A DNA stretch of 63,246 nt, counting the filler, from a bacterium (GTDB lineage: Bacteria; JAJRZV01): the NCBI GenBank assembly GCA_024275095.1. It is 5 parts of 5 records of this genome, joined end to end, with 100 filler letters (N's around TTAATTAATTAA, not from the genome) between each part and the next. Parts side by side here need not be neighbours in the genome. Positions count along the whole stretch, not along the records: positions 1 to 21,251 come from JAJRZV010000118.1; 4 more parts are not named here. The stretch is one strand, 5' to 3'. Below are positions 9,050 through 18,526 of the stretch, piece by piece (the first letter of the stretch is position 1; each line of letters starts with the position of its first letter). Position numbers and translations under genes: made by a program. The notes below the pieces were generated by a model. That model worked only from the letters and a program-made list of their open reading frames with translations. It was not told the origin of the DNA and did not search any database.

Positions 9050-9486
9050 CAGGCTCTGCGTGGATTCTTCTTGTAGCTCTCTTACCGGCTCATGGTGTAG
9101 AACACAGCGTGGAGAAGAGCAAGTGTATAAAAATACACGTCGAGTACGATGATGGCTCACCAATGGAGTTTGCCGATGTGGAAGCATATGCACCGGGTAA
9201 GACAGACGAACCCTACATGGTACTTCAAACGGATGAAAAGGGTAACGTGTGTTTTCTGCCATCTGACGTAAAAGCAGGGGAATGGACATTTCGCATTGAT
9301 GATGGGCTCGGGCACGGAGCAGTGGTGAGGGTAAATGTGGAGTCTACCGGTGCTGTGAAAACATCAACGACGGTTGGGTGCCCTCAAAGCATAAGAATTC
9401 TCGCGGGGGTGGGAGTTATATGGGGTTTGGCAGGATTGTTCTTTTATCTGGCAGCACGCAGGCGTTTAAAACCTGTAAGAGATTGA
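9046..9486 (+). CDS. NikK/CbiL-like accessory component of a Ni/Co transporter
   Basis: AHGV, YDDGSPMEFADV, TDEKG, DGLGH, C-terminal TM; GTGA overlap with the upstream gene. Confidence 0.7.
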   Translation: MTGSAWILLVALLPAHGVEHSVEKSKCIKIHVEYDDGSPMEFADVEAYAPGKTDEPYMVLQTDEKGNVCFLPSDVKAGEWTFRIDDGLGHGAVVRVNVESTGAVKTSTTVGCPQSIRILAGVGVIWGLAGLFFYLAARRRLKPVRD

Positions 9487-9501
9487 CCTCCAGGAGTAAA
9501 G

Positions 9502-10110
9502 ATGCACATACCTGATGGTTTCCTTACTCCAGAAGTGGTTGCGGTGACAGATGCCGCGGGATACTCGGTATTTTTATGGGCTGCCAGGAAGGTTTCGAAA
9601 ACTGAAGACGTGGAACGCATACCCTTGATGGGACTGGTGGGTGCTTTTGTTTTTGCAGTAAACATGTTCAGCTTCCCCGTACCCGGGGGCACATCCGCGC
9701 ATCTCACTGGTGCAGTATTTGCATGTTTCCTTCTTGGACCCCTGGAAGGTTATTTTGTGGTATCGTGTGCACTTCTGCTGCAGGCGCTGTTGTTCCAGCA
9801 CGGGGGTATACTCACCTCCGGTGCGAATATGATCAACATTGCCTTAACGGCATTCGTGTTTTCTGTCCCGGCGAGAAAATTGTTTTACCGCTCACGCGCA
9901 GCCGGTTCAATAGCAGCTGGTATGGCTGCATTTGCTGCGGTAATTACAGGTTCAGTACTCTGTTCACTGGAACTTGCACTTTCCGGACGTGCGCCGCTTT
10001 CGACCACCCTTATTGCAATGGTAACCGCCAACTTTGTCCCGGCTATTATGGATGGTGGGGTTACGCTGGTGCTTGCTCGCTCTACTGCGAGGTATTTCCG
10101 GTCTCCCTGA
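9502..10110 (+). CDS. nikM: ECF Ni/Co transporter substrate-binding component CbiM/NikM
   Basis: MHIPDGFL N-terminus, GTSAHLTG, LLLQALLFQHGG. Confidence 0.9.
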   Translation: MHIPDGFLTPEVVAVTDAAGYSVFLWAARKVSKTEDVERIPLMGLVGAFVFAVNMFSFPVPGGTSAHLTGAVFACFLLGPLEGYFVVSCALLLQALLFQHGGILTSGANMINIALTAFVFSVPARKLFYRSRAAGSIAAGMAAFAAVITGSVLCSLELALSGRAPLSTTLIAMVTANFVPAIMDGGVTLVLARSTARYFRSP

Positions 10111-11254
10111 ATAAGAATGCTCCCAAAATAAAGGAGAGCAACCCTGCTGAGACACCCAGGGCAAAGGCAGCGCTTGCTCCGTATAGAGACCACAGCCACC
10201 CCGCGGCCACACTGCTTACGAAATTACCGGCCGCGGTGAAAAGGTAGAATATGCCGATACCGGAAGCTCGTTTTTCAGGTCCGGCCAGTTCGGAAACGTA
10301 GGTTCTTGAGGCTGTTTGATACATGCTTGAGGCAGCTCCGTAAACAGCAAATACGATGAGAAGGGTTAGTTGTGCCGACACAGTGCCTGCCACAACGCAG
10401 GCAGTAATGAACAGAAGATATGCGACGAGCATTCCTTTTTTTCTTCCGTACCTGTCCAGCAGAAATCCCGCAGGATAGGACACTAACACATAAACCAGGT
10501 TGTATTCGAACCAGAGCAGTGAAACCTGATAAGGTACGTATCCCGTAGCATCGGCCTGAAGGATGAAGAATGCATAGCTGAAAAATCCCATGTTGAAAAG
10601 AGTGTTCACTCCAACAAAAGCCCAGTATCCAGGTGTATAGCCCCTCACTGCAAGGGCAAAAGGGACAGGGCCTTTACCTTTGACTTCTTTTACGAAAAAG
10701 ATCAGAAGAATTACCGCGATGAAAGCAGGAACCAGCGATAGATAAAAAACATTTCGAATATCGGCAAAATGCCACTTGAGCACTGCGCCGGCAATCAGTG
10801 CACCTGCAAGTGCGCCCGACTGGTCCATTGCCCGGTGAAATCCGAACCAGCGTCCTCTGGATTCAGAAACGGTAGAGTCTGCAATGATGGCATCTCTGGG
10901 TGCAGTGCGTATGCCTTTGCCCACGCGGTCGAGGCTTCTGGCTGCAAGGACATGCCATGGAGCAGTTGCAAGGGCAAATCCCCCTTTGCTGAATGCAGAA
11001 AATGAGTAACCGAACACAACCAGCGGTTTACGACGTCCAAGGCGATCGGAAAGGATTCCGCTGAAGGCTTTGAGCAGACTTGAAATGGCCTCCGCGATAC
11101 CTTCGACAAGCCCGACAAAAGCCTTCCCGGCACCCAGCACGTCCACGAGAAACACGGGTATAAGCGGGAATATCATTTCACTGGAGAGATCAGTAAAAAA
11201 TGATGCCCATCCGAGAGCAATGATATTTCGACGGTTTTCCTTTTTACCGGCCAT
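10082..11254 (-). CDS. MFS transporter
   Basis: SFFTDLSSEMIFP, SDRLGRRKP, DRVGKGIRTAPRDA; about 12 TM segments. Confidence 0.9.
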   Translation of the reverse strand: MAGKKENRRNIIALGWASFFTDLSSEMIFPLIPVFLVDVLGAGKAFVGLVEGIAEAISSLLKAFSGILSDRLGRRKPLVVFGYSFSAFSKGGFALATAPWHVLAARSLDRVGKGIRTAPRDAIIADSTVSESRGRWFGFHRAMDQSGALAGALIAGAVLKWHFADIRNVFYLSLVPAFIAVILLIFFVKEVKGKGPVPFALAVRGYTPGYWAFVGVNTLFNMGFFSYAFFILQADATGYVPYQVSLLWFEYNLVYVLVSYPAGFLLDRYGRKKGMLVAYLLFITACVVAGTVSAQLTLLIVFAVYGAASSMYQTASRTYVSELAGPEKRASGIGIFYLFTAAGNFVSSVAAGWLWSLYGASAAFALGVSAGLLSFILGAFLFRETGNTSQ

Positions 11255-11274
11255 CAGAATGCCTTGGCGTTTGT

Positions 11275-11646
11275 TTAAAGAGCAAGTGAGTCAGTAACCT
11301 TTTTTACCACATCTTCGACACTTACAGGACGTCTCAAAATCTCGACTTTCCTGGAAATTTCTGCAGGAAGTGAATCTGTAAACGAGCTCATTATAACGAA
11401 CACGCGGCATTGAGGTGTTCGTGAAAGGATGAGATTTATAATTTCTTCACCATTTAATGTGCGGGTTATATCTACTACTGCTCCGATTACTTCCACGTGT
11501 TTTTCCTGGACCCAGCTTTTAACATCCTCGATAGATTCACAGCCCAGGGCTTCTAAACCTCTGTCCCGGAGAGTGGCACGAACGAGAACCCTTTCCCACT
11601 GATCCCCGGAGACAACCAGAACTACTTTTACACGGAAATCGGACAT
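11275..11646 (-). CDS. Degenerate receiver (CheY-like) domain protein
   Basis: Alpha/beta pattern, VVD at the phospho-Asp position, LRRPVS in place of the KP motif. Confidence 0.45.
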   Translation of the reverse strand: MSDFRVKVVLVVSGDQWERVLVRATLRDRGLEALGCESIEDVKSWVQEKHVEVIGAVVDITRTLNGEEIINLILSRTPQCRVFVIMSSFTDSLPAEISRKVEILRRPVSVEDVVKKVTDSLAL

Positions 11647-11653
11647 GCGGCTA

Positions 11654-13087
11654 TTATCCCAGGTCATTAAACGGCCTCATCCTTAACGGGACGTTGAGTG
11701 TATCTGCCACTGTCTGCACATCTTTTACCCGGAATGCACCGGGGATTTCCACTGCGGTTACCACAACGCGGGCGTATTTTGTGGCACTGCGAACGAAATT
11801 GAGAAGAGCGTTGAATGCGTCCATCCCCGAGGGAGGACGACATAGTTTGTTGTAAGTAGCTGCATCCGGCGCGTTTAAACTCACAGAATACATATCAATC
11901 AGTCCCTTCAAATATGCGGGAACATCAATTCCATGTACGGCGCTTGCCAGTCCGTCTGTATCTATCCTGATTGAGGCCGCTCCACGCTTTTTCAGCACTG
12001 AAGCTACATCTTTTACCACATCCAATCTGAGCAGCGGTTCTCCATATCCGCAAAAGACCACTTCATCATACCGGGATACATTATCGCCAACTGCATCCAG
12101 TATTTCATTTGTAGAGGGCTCTTTGTCGAGTTTGAGGTAATGTCCCTTTACGTACCATGAGCGAAATTTCCCACAAAAAGTGCAGGTGTTGGTGCACCTG
12201 TTGGTGATGTTCAAGTAAAGGGAATTTCTTATCCGATAGGCTATCTTGGGTTCATTTTCGTACGGAATTTTGAACGCCCTGTGAAAGTTTAAATTGGTCA
12301 CCCGCATGACGTCTTCTGGTGCAAGATTTTTCAGGCGGGCGATCTCTTCTACCACTTCCTTTACACGTGCCGGCTCATTGCGTTTGCCTCTGTAGGGATG
12401 TGGTGAAAGGAAGGGGGAATCGGTTTCTACAAGAAATGCCTCCACCGGAAGGGTCTGTACCACTTCACGTACGCGGGATTTTTTGAAGGTAACAGTGCCC
12501 GATATGGAAAGATAAAAACCCAGAGAAAGAGCTTTTCGTGCCTGTTCCACGTCACCTGAAAAACAGTGGAAAATTCCGCCTGTTAAGCCGTTACCTTCCT
12601 TCTCCACAATTGCGAGAGCATCGTCCATTGCATCGCGTACGTGAACAACAAGAGGTTTTTGAAGTTCTGCCGAAAGTCGTAGAGATTTTGTAAACCATTT
12701 TTTCTGTACGGCAACAGGAGAGTATTTTTTGGCATAATCCAAGCCTGTTTCTCCTAAGGCGACGAACAACGGGTCAGAGCGCAGGGTCTTTATTCGTTCA
12801 AACCATTCATCATCTGCCATTGCTGTTTCATGGGGATGTACACCGGCAGCGTAATATATACCTCTGTGCGAATGTGCGATTTTCCTGGCGTCTTCTATAC
12901 TTTTTAGACCTTCACCACATCCTACTTCTACCATCCATTTTACGCCTGTGTATTCCGCGCGGCGTATGACATCATCGCGGTCTTCACCATAATGGGGAAA
13001 ATGAAGGTGAACGTGAGAATCTGTCAGGACTTCATCTATTCTATGCGGGGAAAGATGGGTGTCAGATCCCCGATTTTTGTTTTCCAT
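11654..13087 (-). CDS. tatD: TatD family nuclease fused to a TatD-associated radical SAM domain
   Basis: DSHVHL, GVHPH, GETGLDY, HCFSG, ETDSPF, then YLNITNRCTNTCTFC and FCGYGEP; ATG 13087 has SD GGGGAG. Confidence 0.9.
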   Translation of the reverse strand: MENKNRGSDTHLSPHRIDEVLTDSHVHLHFPHYGEDRDDVIRRAEYTGVKWMVEVGCGEGLKSIEDARKIAHSHRGIYYAAGVHPHETAMADDEWFERIKTLRSDPLFVALGETGLDYAKKYSPVAVQKKWFTKSLRLSAELQKPLVVHVRDAMDDALAIVEKEGNGLTGGIFHCFSGDVEQARKALSLGFYLSISGTVTFKKSRVREVVQTLPVEAFLVETDSPFLSPHPYRGKRNEPARVKEVVEEIARLKNLAPEDVMRVTNLNFHRAFKIPYENEPKIAYRIRNSLYLNITNRCTNTCTFCGKFRSWYVKGHYLKLDKEPSTNEILDAVGDNVSRYDEVVFCGYGEPLLRLDVVKDVASVLKKRGAASIRIDTDGLASAVHGIDVPAYLKGLIDMYSVSLNAPDAATYNKLCRPPSGMDAFNALLNFVRSATKYARVVVTAVEIPGAFRVKDVQTVADTLNVPLRMRPFNDLG

Positions 13088-14535
13088 TTGATGCTCCCCC
13101 ACTCAAGTGGATTTCCATCAGTAACTTCAGGGAAACCCACCATTTCCATCATCTTGTTGAATGCTTCAGGCATAAATGGATAGCACATATACGCTACAAT
13201 ACGCAGTGCTTCCGATAGCTCAGCAAGGACACCATCCAGTCCAGCATCTTGCTCCCTGGCCATTTGCCAGGGTTTTTTTCGGTCAATGTATACGTTGGCC
13301 CTGGAAACGAGTCCCAGCAAACCCTCTCCTATGGCCCCTTGGAAATCTAATTTTTGCATGCGTGACGTATACTCTCTTATACACTCCTGCGCTTCCTCTG
13401 CCAGCTCATTTTTTTCGGAAATTTCAATTCCTGCTGGACGATATTTTTTTATCATTCCACAAACTCTTGAAAACAAATTGCCTATATCATTTGACAGCTC
13501 GGAGTTTACCCGGTGTACAAGCGATGCTTCAGAATAGTCTCCATCCAGGCCGAATGGAACTTCTCTTAAAAGAAAGTAACGGAATTTATCCACTCCAAAT
13601 CGTTCTGCTTCGATGACAGGATCTACAACGTTACCCCTGGATTTGCTCATTTTTTCACCTTCTACAGTCCACCAGCCGTGCGCGTAAACCTGTCGGGGCA
13701 GTGGCAGTCCTGCTGAAAGAAGAAACGCAGGCCAGTAGACCGCATGGAATCGAAGTATATCTTTCCCTATGATATGTACATCCGCAGGCCATGTGTTTTC
13801 AAACAGATCTCTGTGGTCCGGGAACCCTGCTCCTGTAAGGTAATTGGTCAGCGCGTCGAACCATACGTAAATCGCGTGTTTTTCATCTCCGGGAACACGA
13901 ATGCCCCATTTTAAACCGAGGCGGGACACGGACAAGTCTTTGAGGCCCTGCTTTACAAAGCTGATGATTTCGTTGCGTCGCCGTTCGGGTTTAATAAAAT
14001 CGGGGTTTTCCTCATAGAACCTTAGCAGAGGTTCTTCATATCTGGAGAGTCTGAAAAAGTAGCTTTCTTCGCTGAGTAGTTCTACATCACGTCCGCAGTC
14101 AGGGCATTTGTTATTTACAAGTTGTGAAGATGTCCAGAACGATTCGCAAGGCGTACAGTACCAGTCCCGATATACACCTTTATATATATCGCCTTTTTCA
14201 TAAATGATTTTCCATATATGTGTAACAGCACGCATGTGATCTTTATCTGTGGTGCGGATAAAACGAGAGTAAGAGATGTTCAGCTTCTGCCATAATTCTT
14301 TAAAACGTACGACCACTCTGTCAGCCAGTTCCTTAGGCTGAACGCCGTAGTCTGAAGCACTCTTTTCCACTTTTTTCCCGTGTTCATCAGTACCCGTGAG
14401 GAAGAAAACGTCATGGCCTGTCATTCGATAGAATCGTGCGAGGGCATCGGCTGCAATGGTTGTATAGGCATGACCAATATGGGGGACATCGTTCACATAA
14501 TAAATCGGCGTGGTTACGTAGTATTTTTTACTCAC
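13036..14535 (-). CDS. metG: Methionyl-tRNA synthetase (short form, no C-terminal tRNA-binding domain)
   Basis: TTPIYYVN, HIGH, GTDEHG, YVWFDAL, KMSKS. Confidence 0.97.
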   Translation of the reverse strand: MSKKYYVTTPIYYVNDVPHIGHAYTTIAADALARFYRMTGHDVFFLTGTDEHGKKVEKSASDYGVQPKELADRVVVRFKELWQKLNISYSRFIRTTDKDHMRAVTHIWKIIYEKGDIYKGVYRDWYCTPCESFWTSSQLVNNKCPDCGRDVELLSEESYFFRLSRYEEPLLRFYEENPDFIKPERRRNEIISFVKQGLKDLSVSRLGLKWGIRVPGDEKHAIYVWFDALTNYLTGAGFPDHRDLFENTWPADVHIIGKDILRFHAVYWPAFLLSAGLPLPRQVYAHGWWTVEGEKMSKSRGNVVDPVIEAERFGVDKFRYFLLREVPFGLDGDYSEASLVHRVNSELSNDIGNLFSRVCGMIKKYRPAGIEISEKNELAEEAQECIREYTSRMQKLDFQGAIGEGLLGLVSRANVYIDRKKPWQMAREQDAGLDGVLAELSEALRIVAYMCYPFMPEAFNKMMEMVGFPEVTDGNPLEWGSIKWKTKIGDLTPIFPRIE

Positions 14536-15370
14536 AGCTCTCCTCCTGTTCTTCGACCACGCTGACGTCCGAGACGGAAAATTTCAACTCTCTCCCCTCG
14601 TCAAGTTTCACGGTCACCATTCCCTTAAAAACATCCTGGAACACCACCTCTCCCCTTCCTTCAGGAGTTTCCACTTCGGTCCCGAGTGGTGGGAACGACT
14701 CCTTTAACTCCACGTATACAGGTTGCTCATAACTGAGACAGCACATTAAGCGTCCGCATATGCCCGAGTATTTAACAGGATTGAGCATTATATTCTGATC
14801 CCGAAGCATCTTCACGGAAATAGACTCGAACCGATCCAGAAACAGCGAACAGCATGTTTGAAGTCCACACGGAGCAACGCCGCCCATTATTTTTACTTCA
14901 TCGCGCACTCCTATCTGGCGCATTTCAATGCGGGTACGAAGTGTGCGTGCAAGGTCTCTCACAAGTGCACGAAAGTCCACCCGCGTTTCAGAGACAAAAT
15001 AAAAAATCGCTTTTGAGCGATCCAAGTAAAATTCAACATCGACGAGTTTCATGTTCAACTTATGATTTGCAATTTTTTTCAAACCGATTTGATAAGCAGA
15101 TTTTTCTTCTTCTTCCATTTGTTTCGCTTTTTTCAAGTCCTCCTCACCGGCAATACGCAACACCCGGGGTAGCTCTTCTTCCCCCTCGGTGGTTTCCACC
15201 TCCATCTCTTCGACTTCTCCAACGGCTGTGGCGAGCCTTATTCCCCTGTCAGCTTCAACCACGATTTTGTCTCTCCAGTGTATGTCCAGATCTCCTGCGT
15301 TAAACAGGTGAAGCTTTCCTGCAATTCTAAAACGTGCTTTTACGACCCTCATCCTTTTCTCCACTTCCAC
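14528..15370 (-). CDS. PSP1 domain protein (YaaT/RicT family)
   Basis: RVDFRALVRDLA, RIEMRQIGVRDE, CG...CC, SGICGRLMCCLSYE; canonical tmk-holB-yaaT-metG-tatD order. Confidence 0.92.
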   Translation of the reverse strand: MEVEKRMRVVKARFRIAGKLHLFNAGDLDIHWRDKIVVEADRGIRLATAVGEVEEMEVETTEGEEELPRVLRIAGEEDLKKAKQMEEEEKSAYQIGLKKIANHKLNMKLVDVEFYLDRSKAIFYFVSETRVDFRALVRDLARTLRTRIEMRQIGVRDEVKIMGGVAPCGLQTCCSLFLDRFESISVKMLRDQNIMLNPVKYSGICGRLMCCLSYEQPVYVELKESFPPLGTEVETPEGRGEVVFQDVFKGMVTVKLDEGRELKFSVSDVSVVEEQEESCE

Positions 15371-16308
15371 GTGCTTAAAGAGGCCGCTATAAGCGAAGGT
15401 GAAGCACCTGATTCAACTCGCCTCATTGCCTGATAACACACATCATAGAGATGAATATAGTCTTCAATTTTCAACTGTTCCTCGTCCTTTTCAACTGCCT
15501 GGCGAATTTTGTGTAGGATAACCCACTTTGTGGTTTTTAGAAAACTCAGTGTTGTCTTCTGGTCTGAACATTTTGAAACAAGTAACTGGTACGCGTTCAG
15601 TATCTTTGATCCCGGTTCTATAAGATCATTGATCAGTTTTTCTGCATCTTCGTATTCATCGGCGGTTCCCTCTATCATTTTTATGTAAAGTCCAGGAGCC
15701 CCGAAACACATTTCGTAATCTTTTTGCGAAACTTCAATACCATTGTCTTGCATCACTTTTACAAAGTCGGAGAAGTTTAACCGGCGAAAGTGAATATCAA
15801 CTGTGCGTGAACGTATTGTTGGCAGGAGTACCCACGGAGTAGGGGTGATAAGTACAATAATAGTGCTTTCAGGGGGTTCTTCGAGAATTTTGAGCAGGGT
15901 GTTCTGTGCAGGAAGATTGAGATGGTGGGCTTCGTCAATAATAACCATCCGCCAGTTGCCTTCTATCGGCCTGTATTTTCCAATAAGCAACAGGTTCTCC
16001 CTGATTTGATCCACTGTGATCTGTCCCCCTTTGCCAGAGGGTTCAAGTACTCTGAGCTCCGGGTATGTCATTTTTGAAATGAGTTTACAGCGTCGGCATT
16101 CACCACAGGCATATTGCAATTTGCTTTCGCACACTAAGCTGGCGAATGCATAAACAGCCGAAAACTTCTTTCCTACTCCTTCGGGTCCGTGGAACAGAAA
16201 CGCGCGTCCTTCACTTTCCCCTTTTTTGATTACGTTAAAAAAAACTTCTAATTGCAAATCGTGTCCGACAGGTTTTTTAAAAAACTTACCCACCCAAATT
16301 AACCCCAA
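15349..16308 (-). CDS. holB: DNA polymerase III delta' subunit
   Basis: GPEGVGK, C...CGECRRC zinc module, IIDEAH, LLKILEEPP, TIRSR; start uncertain. Confidence 0.9.
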   Translation of the reverse strand: MGLIWVGKFFKKPVGHDLQLEVFFNVIKKGESEGRAFLFHGPEGVGKKFSAVYAFASLVCESKLQYACGECRRCKLISKMTYPELRVLEPSGKGGQITVDQIRENLLLIGKYRPIEGNWRMVIIDEAHHLNLPAQNTLLKILEEPPESTIIVLITPTPWVLLPTIRSRTVDIHFRRLNFSDFVKVMQDNGIEVSQKDYEMCFGAPGLYIKMIEGTADEYEDAEKLINDLIEPGSKILNAYQLLVSKCSDQKTTLSFLKTTKWVILHKIRQAVEKDEEQLKIEDYIHLYDVCYQAMRRVESGASPSLIAASLSTWKWRKG

Positions 16309-16921
16309 ACCGCTCTTCTATGGTTGTGATAATTTTTTCGAACACTTTTTCCTTTGGTTGTTTTGCGTCTATGACTACACAGCGCTTTTGCTCTTCTTTT
16401 GCAATGCGAAGATAACCTCTGCGCACTTTCTTGATAAACTTAAGCCCGCTCTGTTCCATTCGGTCAGGTTCTCTGTTTGAGATGCGCAGCATACCCTTCT
16501 CTGCTGGTACATCTAAAATAAACGTGAGCTGAGGCACATAACCCAGCGTGGATGCCTGCGTGACTTCTTTGACAAACTTCATGTCAAGTCCGCGCCCGTA
16601 TCCCTGATAGGCTATGGTGGCATCGTGATAGCGGTCACTCACCACCCACAAGCCATCTTTAACTGCGGGAGCAATAATTTCTCTAACGCGTTGTGCTCTG
16701 GAGGCGGCATAGAGAAACAGTTCGCTTTCAGCGTGTATGTTCCATTGAGGATTGAGCAAAATATCTCTGATTGCTTCACTCACATGTGTTCCTCCGGGTT
16801 CGCGTACGAACACGGCATTGAAGCGTCGTTTTTCAAATAGGTTTTTTAACATGAGCCAGTGAGTGGTTTTACCAGCACCTTCTATGCCCTCGATGGAAAT
16901 AAACACTCCTTTCAAGTTCAT
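16286..16921 (-). CDS. tmk: Thymidylate kinase
   Basis: EGIEGAGKTT, REPGGT, SDRY, AYQGYGRG. Confidence 0.96.
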   Translation of the reverse strand: MNLKGVFISIEGIEGAGKTTHWLMLKNLFEKRRFNAVFVREPGGTHVSEAIRDILLNPQWNIHAESELFLYAASRAQRVREIIAPAVKDGLWVVSDRYHDATIAYQGYGRGLDMKFVKEVTQASTLGYVPQLTFILDVPAEKGMLRISNREPDRMEQSGLKFIKKVRRGYLRIAKEEQKRCVVIDAKQPKEKVFEKIITTIEERFGVNLGG

Positions 16922-17241
16922 CTCCCTGTGAGTAAAATTTATTTGCGTCAACCCGAGCGTATGGCAAAATACGCCTTTTATCCATTTTTTCGGAACACCA
17001 AAGTGAGTTTATTATCTCGCATCTTTTCCCCATATTCATCTTCTAACAATAATTTTTTATCAATGATGCTTCACATCTGTTTTTTATTTCTTGTTAAAGG
17101 TAAAACAAAAAGGATGATTGCACCATCAAAAACACACATCCTTATTTCCTCGAATCAATTGCAGAGTTTACAGCCTCAGGGCTGTTTTTTAACGATTACC
17201 ATTATAAGATATTTCAGAATATTTACCATCTGGAGGCAGAA

Positions 17242-18441
17242 ATGATTGGGTACATAGAGGCGATGGATCGGCTTATGCGATACGCCCCGCGCATTCGTGA
17301 GTCAGTTGAAGTGACTATTGAAGAGTGCCCGGGCAGGGTGCTGAGCGAGGACGTGTTTTCTCTTGCAGATGTTCCGGGTTTTGACAAGGCAGCCATGGAT
17401 GGATTTGCTGTGCGTTCAGTGGATACACAGAATCCACCCGTGGAGCTGAAGATAATAGAGGATATACCCGCTGGTGTTAAGCCTCGAAAATGCGTTGGTA
17501 AAGGCACTGCCTCTCGTATTATGACCGGTGCTATGCTCCCGGATGGCGCGGACAGTGTGGTCATGTGGGAGGATTGCGAAGAGAAAGATGGCGTTGTTAT
17601 TGTGAAAAAAGCTGTTAAAAAGGGCCAGAATGTTTCCAGGAAGGGGGAAGACTTCTCGAAGGATGCTTTGCTGGCTTCTAAGGGTACTATCCTCGATTTT
17701 CGTCACACTGCTTTGTTCGCCGCGTGTGGTATCTCTCGGGTTAGTGTAGTAAGGAAACCTCGAGTCTGTATATTTACTACCGGTGATGAAATTGTTGAGC
17801 CGGGGGAGGAGGCGATTCCACCTGCAACCTACAATGTGAACCGATCCACACTTTCCGTAATGGTGAAAACCGCTGGAGCTGAGATTTTTCTCTGTAAACA
17901 TCTTCCTGATAATCTTGATGAATTGAAAGAGCACTTCCGGGAATCTGCAGATTCAGGCGCTGACATTCTTCTGTTTAATGCAGGAATTTCCACCGGTCTT
18001 CACGACGTGGTAAGAGGACTCATGAGTGAGGAAGGTGTGAATGAGATTTATTACAAGGTTGCGATAAAGCCCGGGAAGCCCGTGTACTTCGGCATGTACC
18101 GAAACATTCCTGTTTTTGGACTGCCGGGTTATCCCGGTAGCACCATTGTGACATTTTTGAGATTTGTCAAGCCTTTCATCTACCGTATGATGGGGGCTAC
18201 CTGGAAACCCCGAGGAGTTTGGGCAAAAGCTGCCACGGATATTGCTGTGGGGGGCAAACGCCAGTCGCTTATTCGTGTTCAGCTTCGACAAGAAAACCGT
18301 GATTTTGTATTTTCTGAGGCAGGGCCTCATAAGTCCGGTGTGGTTTCAAGCATTGCTGCATCCGATGGTTTTATTCTTGTAGATAATCCTCAGGAAGGTG
18401 TGAAAGCCGGTGAGCGTTTTTTTGTGTATTTCTGGACGTAA
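17242..18441 (+). CDS. moeA: Molybdopterin molybdo/tungsto-transferase
   Basis: AMDGFAV, IMTGAMLPDGAD, TGDE, KPGKP, LPGYP. Confidence 0.95.
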   Translation: MIGYIEAMDRLMRYAPRIRESVEVTIEECPGRVLSEDVFSLADVPGFDKAAMDGFAVRSVDTQNPPVELKIIEDIPAGVKPRKCVGKGTASRIMTGAMLPDGADSVVMWEDCEEKDGVVIVKKAVKKGQNVSRKGEDFSKDALLASKGTILDFRHTALFAACGISRVSVVRKPRVCIFTTGDEIVEPGEEAIPPATYNVNRSTLSVMVKTAGAEIFLCKHLPDNLDELKEHFRESADSGADILLFNAGISTGLHDVVRGLMSEEGVNEIYYKVAIKPGKPVYFGMYRNIPVFGLPGYPGSTIVTFLRFVKPFIYRMMGATWKPRGVWAKAATDIAVGGKRQSLIRVQLRQENRDFVFSEAGPHKSGVVSSIAASDGFILVDNPQEGVKAGERFFVYFWT

Positions 18442-18526
18442 ACTCATAAAGCGAGAATGAGAAGACATTTTATCTTTTATAGTGTATAAGGATATATAAG
18501 TTAAATTTTTGAAAGGAGGATTTTCC

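Noticed and set aside
13025-13038. Out-of-frame ATG immediately after the metG stop, suggesting a tatD frameshift
   Set aside because: An in-frame ATG at 13087 with a GGGGAG SD sequence explains the tatD start without a frameshift.
16950-17240. AT-rich stretch and the 128-aa ORF at 16859-17245
   Set aside because: No recognisable motif, it overlaps tmk antisense, and it is most simply a divergent promoter region with possible decayed sequence.
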